32,000 nt of DNA from Candidatus Baldrarchaeota archaeon (GCA_019056805.1 DXJG01000009.1:156015-188014), one strand, 5' to 3'; shown: positions 18,019 to 28,320, numbered from the stretch's first letter. Notes: a model not told the origin generated them from the letters alone. Numbers and translations are program-made.

Positions 18019-19782
18019 ATGGAAGAACCAGAGAATCTTTTTGGTGAAGTGTTTGGTAGGCTTGCTGGGGGGACAACAGAGGAAATTCTTCTAATAGCTG
18101 AAAATAAAGATATTTGTGCTGGTGAACTTTTCTTAATTCCATCAAATCGCGGAGGAAAAGAACGAATTTTTCTTTTTAGGGCATTAGATGCAGAAAATAT
18201 AATGAGAAGAGTTTCGGATCTTTCTCGTCTTGCAGGAACTCTCCTTGTAGAGGGAGATGCTTATTTCGCCAATTTGGATAAAGAAAAACTTCTCGGCATC
18301 TTTGGTAAACTTTTAGGTTATGCTGAGAAAACTGGAAATAAGTGGATATTTAGATTACCAAGAAGATTACCAGAACATTTGGCTATAGTATATAGGCCAA
18401 TTCCTGGAATAACGGACAAAATACTTAGAGAAGTGCTGGATAGTCAAATTAGAGGAGAGCTTTATGTTGGTAATCTTCTAGCTGGAGAAAACGAGTTAAA
18501 TATTCCGGTTTATATTCCGTTAAATTTTTTACCAAGTCATTTAGGTATTTTCGGTACTACAGGAGCTGGAAAATCTAATTTAGTTGAAGTCTTGATCAAA
18601 AGTTGTATTGATGTTAACTTAGAAGCATATAAGAAAGGATTAACTAGCACGTATCGAGTCTCGATGGTAGCTATTGATCCTCATGACGAGTTTGCTTTAG
18701 GTGTAGATAAGCGAGGAATTCAAGACATAATCGACGCCATGGATGATGATGTTAGAAGAAATGTAATCGGCGATTTCTATTATTTAACTCCATATCTTGC
18801 AGCCGCAGCACGCAGAGTTAGACCCTATGCTAGAGCAATAAGAATATTGTGGAGTGAAATAACACCACATGATATTTTAAGCATCAGAGAAGTTACACCT
18901 CAACAAGCAGATTTCCTTATTGCAGCCTATAATAAATGGGGAGATAGATGGTTAAGCGAAATTTTCGAAATTGAAGAAGGCGAAGGAGCCCTAGGACATC
19001 CTAGTATAACTGTAAAAGCTGTTCAGAGAAGACTTAGATTTCTACAGAGATCACCCATATTTATTGAAACAGGAGAATCACTACTCGCAGAAATTATTGA
19101 AGCATTAGAATGCGGAAGAGTTCTAGTTGTTAATACAAGCTTATTAAGCGACTTAGAGCAATTTCTATTTACCACAGTTGTTACAAGAACGTTATTTGAT
19201 TTACGTAGAGCTATAAAATCTTCTACAAACTGGTCTGAGTTTGAAAGAAACGCATACGGAAGACTACCAAAAACATTTATGAATAAATTCAAAGACAAAG
19301 CGAAACGACTTTACATTAAAATGAGAGGAGAAGAAGGACAATTTCTAAAAGACATGAAGGAACTTCCAGTAGTTATGATCACGGTTGAAGAAGCACCCTC
19401 CATACTTAACCCTCAACTCATGAAAGGTGAATCTATATTTAAGGACATAGCTCGTCAAGGAAGAAAATTCCGCATAGGCCTCGTAGTAATTTCTCAACAA
19501 GTAACAGCCATTGACAACACTATCCTAAGCAATATGAATACCGAAATAAATCTCAAACTGGGAAATGAAGAGGAAATAAGAGCAGCCATAAAAAATGCTA
19601 GCATAAATATTAGCGGTTTTGAAAGAGAATTCAAGGTCATGGATAGAGGAGAGGCGATTCTAACCGCCAGTTATAGAGAAATGCCCATTCCTTTACGCAT
19701 ACCTAAGTTTGACGATCTTTTTGAAAAGGAAAAAGAAAAATATAAGTTGAAAGAGGGGATCATTGGAGATAGAGGTTTATAA
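18019..19782 (+). CDS. herA: HerA bipolar helicase/translocase
   Basis: N-terminal HAS barrel; HLGIFGTTGAGKSN, IDPHDEF, VEEA, IARQGRKF.IGL..ISQ motifs. Confidence 0.92.
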   Translation: MEEPENLFGEVFGRLAGGTTEEILLIAENKDICAGELFLIPSNRGGKERIFLFRALDAENIMRRVSDLSRLAGTLLVEGDAYFANLDKEKLLGIFGKLLGYAEKTGNKWIFRLPRRLPEHLAIVYRPIPGITDKILREVLDSQIRGELYVGNLLAGENELNIPVYIPLNFLPSHLGIFGTTGAGKSNLVEVLIKSCIDVNLEAYKKGLTSTYRVSMVAIDPHDEFALGVDKRGIQDIIDAMDDDVRRNVIGDFYYLTPYLAAAARRVRPYARAIRILWSEITPHDILSIREVTPQQADFLIAAYNKWGDRWLSEIFEIEEGEGALGHPSITVKAVQRRLRFLQRSPIFIETGESLLAEIIEALECGRVLVVNTSLLSDLEQFLFTTVVTRTLFDLRRAIKSSTNWSEFERNAYGRLPKTFMNKFKDKAKRLYIKMRGEEGQFLKDMKELPVVMITVEEAPSILNPQLMKGESIFKDIARQGRKFRIGLVVISQQVTAIDNTILSNMNTEINLKLGNEEEIRAAIKNASINISGFEREFKVMDRGEAILTASYREMPIPLRIPKFDDLFEKEKEKYKLKEGIIGDRGL

Positions 19783-19792
19783 TGGTGATTTT

Positions 19793-21175
19793 ATGGTAAC
19801 AATTGCACATATAGCTGATACACATCTTGGTCATCGACCGACAACAGGCGTAAAATTTGAATGGGCAGAGGAGAGAAAAATAAGACTTTTGGAGAATGAC
19901 TTTTATGAGGCCTGGAAAAAAATCTTGAAGGAAATTATAGATAGAAAAGATGAAATCGACTTAGTTATACATGCAGGAGACCTTTTTGATTCTCCATGGG
20001 ATAGAAACCCTCATCCACCACCTGAAGCTGCAAGAGAACTTGTTTATAAAACTCTAAAAAAGTTTTTTGAAGAAACAAAAATACCCATGATTATAATTGA
20101 TGGAAATCACGGATCATTCACAGGTTACAAATCCTCAACCCTTGATACATTAAAAATTATATTTGAAGATTATTTATTTGCAGCAACTACATGGGATTTA
20201 AGAGCAGCTCTTTCAAATCAAATCCCTTTAAAATTTAAAGTTAAAGATGCAAATATCTATACGTTTCCCTACATAAACCCCGAGATCTTATATAAGTCTC
20301 AAGCTATAGAGTTATTTAACGCCTGGATTGTAAATGTTCAAAAACCGGAAATAGGTGCAGGGCCAAATATTGCTGTTGCACACGGTATGATTATTGATAA
20401 CACGTTGAATAAGAGAATTTTGGAACTTAATTACGATTACATAGCTCTAGGACATAATCATAAGATGGGGAAGCTAAGTGAAAATGCATGGTATGCTGGA
20501 AGTACTGAGAAATGGAGATTTGATGAATTTGAAGACGAAAAGGGCTTTCTCATAGTCCAGGTTGAAGAGGGAGAAAAACCATCAGTACAAAAAATACCTA
20601 TAAAATCTTCAAGACCTATGCTTGTCGAAAAAATCAAAATAGATACTAGTGACACACCTGACACTATTAGAAATATTGTTCTATCTAAAGTATCTGAACA
20701 TGGACTTCAAACAGGCTGGGATCCCCGTACAGCTGCTAGAGTTAAAGTTGTTTTTGAAGGAAGAACCTTGATGTCTTCTCTTTGGAAAATTAATTCAATG
20801 CTGGAATATCTAAGAAAACAGTTTTTTGAAGACAATAAATTTAATATTGCCCAATTTATCTGGGATTGGAAAAGCGTTGAGAAAACATGGGTTGCCCCAG
20901 CATATGCGCCAGAGGAGAGGGAATGTTTAATAGATGACCCTGAAAAAGATTTTGAAGAATTTCTAAAGTCACAAACAATTGAAGAGGGATACGATACCAG
21001 CTTACTTGTTAAATTAGCAGCCGAGGCAATCAAACAAGCCCTAGGCAAACCAACCGAGCACGAAATACGCAAAGAAATCCAAACAAAACCGAAACAACCA
21101 TCACCTAGAAAAGAAGAAAAAAGGGTAAAACCTAGAAAAAGAGGAACCTTAGATGCATTCTTTGGGGGAGAATAG
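19793..21175 (+). CDS. mre11: Mre11 nuclease
   Basis: HIADTHLG, HAGDLFD, DGNHG, AHG, ALGHNH, YAGS phosphoesterase motifs; likely ATG at 19793 after GGTGA. Confidence 0.93.
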   Translation: MVTIAHIADTHLGHRPTTGVKFEWAEERKIRLLENDFYEAWKKILKEIIDRKDEIDLVIHAGDLFDSPWDRNPHPPPEAARELVYKTLKKFFEETKIPMIIIDGNHGSFTGYKSSTLDTLKIIFEDYLFAATTWDLRAALSNQIPLKFKVKDANIYTFPYINPEILYKSQAIELFNAWIVNVQKPEIGAGPNIAVAHGMIIDNTLNKRILELNYDYIALGHNHKMGKLSENAWYAGSTEKWRFDEFEDEKGFLIVQVEEGEKPSVQKIPIKSSRPMLVEKIKIDTSDTPDTIRNIVLSKVSEHGLQTGWDPRTAARVKVVFEGRTLMSSLWKINSMLEYLRKQFFEDNKFNIAQFIWDWKSVEKTWVAPAYAPEERECLIDDPEKDFEEFLKSQTIEEGYDTSLLVKLAAEAIKQALGKPTEHEIRKEIQTKPKQPSPRKEEKRVKPRKRGTLDAFFGGE

Positions 21176-21177
21176 GG

Positions 21178-23292
21178 GTGAGAATCCGTAGAATCCAATT
21201 AATAAATTTTAAACCTTACAAAAAGTTAATTTTACCAAATGAAAAAGACATTTTCCCACGAGGATTAATTTTAATAGAAGGACCTAACTCTACCGGCAAA
21301 ACATCTATCTTAGACTCAATTATATGGGCTCTGTGGGGACCTACTGCTATAGGCACAAGAAATGAAGATTTAATTAAATTCGGTGAAAGATTTTGTCGAG
21401 CTATAGTTGAATTCGAAGTCGATGGTAAAAAATATCTAATAGACAGATCCTATGACAGAAGTTCAGGCATGAAAGTAGTTCTGTACCAATATGATGAAAA
21501 TAAAGGTAAGTTTATCGATATAGCTTCTAAATCTGGAGAAGTTAGTAAGAAAATAGAAGAAATACTTCAAATAGACTATAAACAAGCCCTTAGTACCGTT
21601 ATGGTACGTCAAGGCGAAGTTAATGAGCTAGCGGTTGCTTCTCCCGCAAGTCTACGAGAATTAATTTCGAAAGTCTATAGCTTAGATTTATTAGAAAAGG
21701 TAAACGACGTCCTGAAAAAGGAGGAGAATCTTTTAAAAGAAAAACTCGATGAACTGCAAAGAAAATTTATTCCCATCGAAAGAATTGAAAGCCAACTCAC
21801 CGAAAAAAACAATGAGTTAAAAAGCAAAAAATCACAGTTAAAAGAGAAACAAAAAAAACTTAAAGAGCTAAAAAGTAAAATAAAACAGCTTCCTAGCCCC
21901 GATCTTATCAGAAAAATAGAATCTGCTATGATTCGCATTAATAGTTTTCGAGAAGACTTGTTAAACATAAATAAGAATATCGAAGAATTTGCAAGAAACA
22001 TAGGTATAACTCGTGAGGTTTCAATAAAAACAATAGAGGAGGAAATCAATAAAAGAGATCAACTACTTCAAGAGAAGTTAAAAGAAATCAATGTTCTTGA
22101 AAATGAACTCCGCAATTTAAGTGAGAAAATCGGTGGACTACAAGGAGTAAACAAGGAATTAGAAGATAAAATTATCAGATTACAAAAAGCAGAGAAACTC
22201 GAGGAAGGAGAACTTGAATATCGTTGCCCAACATGTGGCACGACTCTTTCCAAAGAAAAAATGGAAGACATTGTTAATCATTATAGAAAAGAAATAGAGA
22301 ACAACAAACTTACCATTAAAGAACTAATTAAACAGAGAAATAGCCTAAAGGAAAAAGGAGAAGAAAAACGCAGAGAAAAAGAAAAAATACTAGTTGAAAA
22401 GAGTAACCTAACATCGCTGAAGAAGAGAATAGAAGAACTAGAAGAAAAAAGAAGAAATTTGGCAAATCTAGAAAACCAGTTTAAAGAGATGTTGAGCGAA
22501 ACAGGATATAGTAGTGTTGAAGACATTCTTACAAAATTCAATTTCAAAAGTTTAAATGAGCTTTACCAACACGTCACTGACCTCAGTGAAAATATTACAA
22601 GAATAGAGGTAGAAATTGGGAATTTCATTGAAGCCATTGACAGAATAGAGAACGAAATAACAAAACTACAACAAGAAAAAGAAGAAATGTTAAAATTAGA
22701 AAAAGAAATCAAAGAAACCAAAAAAGTACTGCAACATATTACATATCTTAGAAAAGTTTTAATGAAAAACTTCCTTTCTCAATGGGTTGTACAAAAAAGA
22801 CTTTTAGGAACTATAAAGCATACCGCAGCGAGCTATCTTCTAAGATTTACCTGTGGACAATACTCTAATGTCGATTTAGTCCCAACTAAAGCAACTGGTG
22901 AGAGAGGGTCAGGAATACTATTAACAGTTTTAGATGAAAGCGATGGAATAGTTAAAAATAAGGACATGTTAAGCTTCGGCGACAGAACCGCAGTAGGTCT
23001 AGCTTTAAGACTTGGAATCTCAAAAACAATGTCTAGAATTAAACCCCTAAAAGAAAGTACACAAAAAACACCAAGAATCCGCTGTGTACTTTTAGATGAA
23101 CCATTAGGAGGACTAGATTTTTCGAGAAGAAAAGAAGTTATCGATCAATTGGTTGAAGACGAAGGGTTTGAACAAATCTTCCTCATAACTCATATGGAAA
23201 TCGAGAGAAAAACAGAAATCCCCAGAGTTGTTGTCAGAAAAGAGGGTAACATAAGTGTTGCAGAATTCGTCGCTTCAAAACAAGAGCTATAA
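21178..23292 (+). CDS. rad50: Rad50 ATPase
   Basis: Walker A GPNSTGKT, Q-loop VRQGE, coiled coils, central Zn hook CPTC, signature LSFGD, LLDEP, ITH. Confidence 0.93.
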   Translation: MRIRRIQLINFKPYKKLILPNEKDIFPRGLILIEGPNSTGKTSILDSIIWALWGPTAIGTRNEDLIKFGERFCRAIVEFEVDGKKYLIDRSYDRSSGMKVVLYQYDENKGKFIDIASKSGEVSKKIEEILQIDYKQALSTVMVRQGEVNELAVASPASLRELISKVYSLDLLEKVNDVLKKEENLLKEKLDELQRKFIPIERIESQLTEKNNELKSKKSQLKEKQKKLKELKSKIKQLPSPDLIRKIESAMIRINSFREDLLNINKNIEEFARNIGITREVSIKTIEEEINKRDQLLQEKLKEINVLENELRNLSEKIGGLQGVNKELEDKIIRLQKAEKLEEGELEYRCPTCGTTLSKEKMEDIVNHYRKEIENNKLTIKELIKQRNSLKEKGEEKRREKEKILVEKSNLTSLKKRIEELEEKRRNLANLENQFKEMLSETGYSSVEDILTKFNFKSLNELYQHVTDLSENITRIEVEIGNFIEAIDRIENEITKLQQEKEEMLKLEKEIKETKKVLQHITYLRKVLMKNFLSQWVVQKRLLGTIKHTAASYLLRFTCGQYSNVDLVPTKATGERGSGILLTVLDESDGIVKNKDMLSFGDRTAVGLALRLGISKTMSRIKPLKESTQKTPRIRCVLLDEPLGGLDFSRRKEVIDQLVEDEGFEQIFLITHMEIERKTEIPRVVVRKEGNISVAEFVASKQEL

Positions 23293-23301
23293 ATTATTAA
23301 A

Positions 23302-23493
23302 TCAGTATATGGGGTATGGAAATTCATGTCCACATTTTGGGCATTTAATGTAACCGCAACTTCCCATAGCAGATGATGGGCATCCACGACACGCAAATGC
23401 CCTTGCGTAAGAAACATCAAAGTGATATCCACACTTTGGGCAGGATAACAACTTTTTTCTCACTGCGAGTTCCTCCATTCTACTGACCATCAC
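23302..23493 (-). CDS. Small Cys-rich zinc-ribbon (CPxCG) protein
   Basis: 63 aa; CPKCG...CRGC-x7-C...CPKCG (7 Cys). Confidence 0.75.
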   Translation of the reverse strand: MMVSRMEELAVRKKLLSCPKCGYHFDVSYARAFACRGCPSSAMGSCGYIKCPKCGHEFPYPIY

Positions 23494-23674
23494 ATCATTT
23501 TTGATATAGACATTTCCGTTTTAAAAATATGGAAAGTACATTTAATGGGAAATTTATATAATTCTAGGTTTATGCAAATGTCATAAGAACGAAAATGCAT
23601 GCTATTGTTATGTCTCAATGATAATACGAAATTTTAATTATAAATAATGGTTAACCTAAACTGGTGGTTGTATC

Positions 23675-24271
23675 ATGGAAGATGCCTCTGAGGCGAAGGG
23701 AACAATTATTATTCGTGGCAGAGCGTACCCAGCTGAAAGAGTTTTGAGAGCTCTCCTAAATCAAAGTTTAGTGGAAATCAAGGTGGAGGGCGGTGATCTG
23801 ATTATTGGTAGAGAAAGAATTCAACCCGTCTATAAATCCGTTATAGAAAAAGCGATGGCTCTCACTTGTTATGGAAGTCTGGCATATTGCTGTAGTCTTG
23901 ATAAACGTTGTGCGAATCGTGATAGGGCTTTAGAACTTTTAGGATTAACTAATGAAGATTATCAAAAATTGAAAGAAGACTTTCATAGAAGGATAATAGA
24001 ATACGCTAAAGGCCACTTGCATCCAGAAACTACAGACATTAAGATAGAAAGTTTTCAAACAGGTTTTGGTGCAGATCAAAGTCGGCAAATCGAGGAAACA
24101 ACAGATTTAGGAACTCTTTTCTCCGACAGTGAGACCTCAAAGGAAACTAAACCTTTACTAGGAACATATGGAAGTGAACAACCTTCACAAATGAAATATT
24201 GTATATATTGTGGTACTCAGTTACCCTCGGATGCAAAATTCTGTTTCAAATGTGGAAGAACAGTAACATGA
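23675..24271 (+). CDS. Cys-cluster protein with C-terminal double zinc ribbon
   Basis: CYGSLAYCCSLDKRCANRD.AL..LGL...DY..LK resembles the repeat of methanogenesis marker 9-type proteins; C-terminal CIYC-x10-CFKC. Confidence 0.65.
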   Translation: MEDASEAKGTIIIRGRAYPAERVLRALLNQSLVEIKVEGGDLIIGRERIQPVYKSVIEKAMALTCYGSLAYCCSLDKRCANRDRALELLGLTNEDYQKLKEDFHRRIIEYAKGHLHPETTDIKIESFQTGFGADQSRQIEETTDLGTLFSDSETSKETKPLLGTYGSEQPSQMKYCIYCGTQLPSDAKFCFKCGRTVT

Positions 24272-24279
24272 GAGAAAAA

Positions 24280-27200
24280 TTAAATGAACGTGTCAAGGCT
24301 GCGTATACCCATAATTTCGCTGAAATCTATTCCTAACGCATCTAAAATTTGCTCAAATGTAGTTCTAATGTGATCCTTATATTTTTCCACGTCAATCTCA
24401 TATATTGAGGCATATTGAACGGGTTTAACACCCGGTACTCCTCTAGTTTTTACAAAAGTTATTATATCACCTGGTTTTATCTCTTTTCCTTGTGTTTTAA
24501 GCATTCTTGCAGCCTTTACATGTTGAGGAGTTGTTTTTACATAATGGTGCAAAGGCTTTGTCAGCTGCACCTTAAAAGCCAATTCTTCAAGCGAATACTT
24601 TTTTTCTTCCAATTTTCTATAACATTCTTGAGCTATTTCCCTGATTTTCTTTTTCGCATTTTCAAAATCTTCCACTGACTTAACTTCACCTAATACTTTT
24701 ACAACTTCCATGAAAGCTTTTTGAAGAAATATCGGTGTATTTCTTTTCTTCCCTGTTAAACCCTTAATATCAACACTTCCATCGTTAAATACTCCCAAAT
24801 AGTTCTTTTTCCTTTGAGATAAAGCTAAGTACCTATAAACTTTATCTACATCTAATTCTATTCCAAGTTCTTCATTACTCCACTTAATCAACTCTTTAAT
24901 TTTCTCTTCACTAGGTTCTTTTAAGAAAACGCTATCAGTGTCGCCATACACTACTTCTACTCCTAATTCCTTCGCTTTTTCTATAGTCTTCTTAATAGCA
25001 TACCTCCCTATAGCAGTAGTACTATTATGCACTAAAAGTCCATTAGCAATGAAGTTCATAGTCTTAGGAACAGTTAAATCATAGAACTCTTCCCCAGGGT
25101 TATTTTTTAATACTCTTTTCTTCTGAACTTTACAGAAAATGAGGTCGGAATCAAGTAAATGCCGTATTTTTTGCGCTATTTTCCTTACTTGAGACGAATT
25201 TGCACGTTCTATCAGAGAAAGTAGTCTTTCAGCCTGATATCTAGTAATATAGTTATTCCAGAAATTGCTTCCATATGTAAGCTTATCAGCATCTCTTGAA
25301 GAATATCCAGCAAGTCTTAGTATTCTATAGAAGTCTCTTCCCTTTAAGGGGAAGAAATCAGCCCGTGTCCGTACCTCCCTTCTTCCCTCAAAATACTTTA
25401 AGACGTGATTCAGTTTTCTTCTCTTTTCTTCTGAAGAGAAGTTTATTTTCTCGGCAAAAATTTTAATCGAATTCCTATCACATATATTTATTCGGTACCA
25501 TGTATAAGATCCCTTTCTTTGCTTCTTCGGTGGCGTAGTAATGATACCATCACGGAGTAAGAGGAATCTTATCTGTTCTAAGAAAATTGGATCAGCACTT
25601 GACAAGCTAATAGCTCTAGTACTAACTGTTCCTTCTGCATCAAATATTCCTCTGAGGAAAGCTCTTACAACGTTAATCGGCGATAATTGAATTAACTCGG
25701 GTACACGAGCATATCCCCTCTTTTTCCCTAGTTTTCCTGTCAAAGCATCTAGAGCTCTGGCAAGATTCTTAGATGAAAAACTAAGGTACCAACTACCATT
25801 CTTCTTTCTGATAATTCCACCTCTTACTTGGAAAGTTTTTGAAATGAGAGAACTATAGAACTTTAAAAGCTGTAGGTCTTTATCAAAGAATCTCACATCG
25901 CGGTCATATATTGTTCCATCCCCTTCAAGGTAACCTAAGATTTGAGCAATCCTTTCATCGACATATTCGGGAATTTTTATTTCTTTGACGTGGGTCACGT
26001 GTCCACCCACTGAAATTTGATCGAACTGAGGAAAAGGCTGAGGTGACCCCTCTATATATACTTTTCTAACCCCTACTAGAAGTTCACCTTCCATGACATC
26101 TTTTGCACACTTTTCTCGGATTAATAAGTTATCTGCTACAAACATTTTATGTTCAGGAGAGACAATTATCGAGTATGGATAAGCATACAAATAGATGGCC
26201 TTTTCTTTTCTTTTAGGGATAACATACTGAGGATCAGCATCTGTAACCTTAAAATCTTCCAGTTTAACGCTTTTTAAAGGAGTATTACCTAATTGTGCAT
26301 AATCCTTGATTCTTACAATTAACCCATTAGAAAGTTGCAATAAAGTATCTGGATGAAGACATTCTGCCACTGGTAAACAATAAAAGGGGAAGTGTTCTGC
26401 TCCGAATACACCATAGGAGGCGTTTATGAATACTTTTAGTGCTTGTTGGACAACTGAATACCAGCTTCTTATCTCTTCTGGTAAGCTTTTATCTTTACTC
26501 ATTGGTTTAAACCATCTAACCCTTATATCTCTTAGAAAACCTATTATTTGAGAAGTTAAACCTCTACGTTTCTTACACACCCAATGATTGGTTTCAGGAA
26601 CCTTCTGATCTTTGCACTCTGGATGATTACACCTAACAGTTTCATAACTAAGATTATATCTCTTAATTACCGAAGGATATAATGATGCAAAGTCTAGTAC
26701 TACGACATTGAAGTGTACTCCTGGTTTCGGTTCTACAACAATGGCTCCTTTGTACTTTTTCCCTTTAATAATAGGAGATGTATCTACAGATCCCTTTAAC
26801 CCGCTAATCTCTTCAGGCCTAGGAATTAAATAATTCCTTATTCTATGTTCAGCATAAAAAAGACTTTTAACCCAACTAGACACACCTTGTCTTACGAGAT
26901 CCTCCATTGGTAGTCGTGAAATTCTCATTAACAGTATAATTAGCTTCAATGTTAAGTTATCGTTAAAGGTTGTAAGATCTAAAGTTATTTTTGCATCTTG
27001 ATAATTGTAATGTGCAAGTTCTTCAAGTGCAAGTTCAGATATAGGTTTTTCTATCTCAATTTTACTAACTCCAAGTAAAGCTTTCGCTATCGCGTCCAAT
27101 GTAACTTCTTTGTAAGCATTACCAAATGCATACACTTTAATTGCATTGTTATGGAAGAATTTGTAAAGATCTACATGAACACCATACCTCACATGAGCTT

Positions 27201-28320
27201 CATCTTTGGTGAGCGTAATTGGTATTTCCTCTTTTTTAAATCCAAGCTTTTCAGCTCTATGATAAAGATATCTTAGGTCAAAATTATCTCCATTAAATGT
27301 AACAACAATAGGATACTTGTTAATTATATTAAAAACCTCTTCAATCAACTCTTTTTCATCTTCAAAGTAAACAACCTCAACACCGCTTGGAATGTTACTT
27401 CTGTCTTTAGAACTTTCTAAATTGACACGTTTTAAAACTAAAACTTTATTCAAACCATCTGTCGAAGCAAATGCAGCCGAAATGATAGTATACTCTGCTT
27501 TCCTAGAATCTGGAATTCTATCTAATTCTGGTGTAAATACTTCAATATCAATAGCTACCCTATCAATATGAGGCACTGGATACAAGAAAATAGGCAGATA
27601 TCTTTCTAAAATATCCTTATATCCAGTTTCTTCGCTTTTTAGAAGATTAAAAAGATGTTCCCTAACATTCTTAGGGATTTTTACATCAACTAACTGCAAC
27701 TTATTATCTTTTTCAATGTAAGGCATACCCGGAATCAAATTATTATCGTACATAAAACAATGATGATATCTTATTCTTGCTTCCCAAGCTCTCGAACCCC
27801 AACGATCCTCGGGGAGAAGTTCTCTAAGCGAGTCTGATTTACCACCAATAGAAAGAGGATCATCTGCAATAACTTTAGTCATTACAACTTTCCTATCTCG
27901 AAGCAAATCGTATTTTTCAACCTCTTCCATACCCACTAAGCCCTTATGATTCTTAACACCAGGTATATCTTCAAGTTCCTCTTTACTTAAGTCCGTTAAA
28001 AGATAGGGTCTGTGTGTTTTTTGTGTATCATACCACGTAAAAACCCGTTTACTCTCTGGATTATATAATTTAGCATACGCACAACCTTTAGCACCATCAT
28101 AACCAACAGAAAGCAAAATACCAGATTTAATTTCTTGATCTGTTTTTTCACCCTCCGAAAGAGATACTTCAACATTATACGTCAATTTTTCCTCAACAAT
28201 TTCCTGAACTGGTTCACCTTCTAGTTCTCTAGGCGGTTCTTCGATTGAAGATTTTTTTTCTTCCTTAGCAATGTAATCTAATAGCTTCTTTTGAACAACC
28301 TTTTTCATACCAGAACTCAT
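24280..28320 (-). CDS. polB: Family B DNA polymerase (PolB1-like) precursor containing one intein; about 900 aa after splicing
   Basis: Exo I DIEV, Exo II TFNGDNFDL, DFASLYPS, KVFINASYG, YGDTDS, KKNY, TPQHVKA motifs. Confidence 0.96.
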   Translation of the reverse strand: MSSGMKKVVQKKLLDYIAKEEKKSSIEEPPRELEGEPVQEIVEEKLTYNVEVSLSEGEKTDQEIKSGILLSVGYDGAKGCAYAKLYNPESKRVFTWYDTQKTHRPYLLTDLSKEELEDIPGVKNHKGLVGMEEVEKYDLLRDRKVVMTKVIADDPLSIGGKSDSLRELLPEDRWGSRAWEARIRYHHCFMYDNNLIPGMPYIEKDNKLQLVDVKIPKNVREHLFNLLKSEETGYKDILERYLPIFLYPVPHIDRVAIDIEVFTPELDRIPDSRKAEYTIISAAFASTDGLNKVLVLKRVNLESSKDRSNIPSGVEVVYFEDEKELIEEVFNIINKYPIVVTFNGDNFDLRYLYHRAEKLGFKKEEIPITLTKDEAHVRYGVHVDLYKFFHNNAIKVYAFGNAYKEVTLDAIAKALLGVSKIEIEKPISELALEELAHYNYQDAKITLDLTTFNDNLTLKLIILLMRISRLPMEDLVRQGVSSWVKSLFYAEHRIRNYLIPRPEEISGLKGSVDTSPIIKGKKYKGAIVVEPKPGVHFNVVVLDFASLYPSVIKRYNLSYETVRCNHPECKDQKVPETNHWVCKKRRGLTSQIIGFLRDIRVRWFKPMSKDKSLPEEIRSWYSVVQQALKVFINASYGVFGAEHFPFYCLPVAECLHPDTLLQLSNGLIVRIKDYAQLGNTPLKSVKLEDFKVTDADPQYVIPKRKEKAIYLYAYPYSIIVSPEHKMFVADNLLIREKCAKDVMEGELLVGVRKVYIEGSPQPFPQFDQISVGGHVTHVKEIKIPEYVDERIAQILGYLEGDGTIYDRDVRFFDKDLQLLKFYSSLISKTFQVRGGIIRKKNGSWYLSFSSKNLARALDALTGKLGKKRGYARVPELIQLSPINVVRAFLRGIFDAEGTVSTRAISLSSADPIFLEQIRFLLLRDGIITTPPKKQRKGSYTWYRINICDRNSIKIFAEKINFSSEEKRRKLNHVLKYFEGRREVRTRADFFPLKGRDFYRILRLAGYSSRDADKLTYGSNFWNNYITRYQAERLLSLIERANSSQVRKIAQKIRHLLDSDLIFCKVQKKRVLKNNPGEEFYDLTVPKTMNFIANGLLVHNSTTAIGRYAIKKTIEKAKELGVEVVYGDTDSVFLKEPSEEKIKELIKWSNEELGIELDVDKVYRYLALSQRKKNYLGVFNDGSVDIKGLTGKKRNTPIFLQKAFMEVVKVLGEVKSVEDFENAKKKIREIAQECYRKLEEKKYSLEELAFKVQLTKPLHHYVKTTPQHVKAARMLKTQGKEIKPGDIITFVKTRGVPGVKPVQYASIYEIDVEKYKDHIRTTFEQILDALGIDFSEIMGIRSLDTFI
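25024..26361 (-). mobile_element. Intein (446 aa) with LAGLIDADG homing endonuclease in PolB
   Basis: Starts CLHPDT after ...LPVAE; block B VSPEHKMFV; LAGLIDADG-like ILGYLEGDG and FLRGIFDAEG; ends YDLTVP...NFIANGLLVHN followed by +1 Ser (STTAIGR). Confidence 0.95.

Noticed and set aside
19820-20030. Short insertions in Mre11 motifs as possible in-frame BHB introns
   Set aside because: No bulge-helix-bulge pairing found at the nucleotide level; treated as protein loops.
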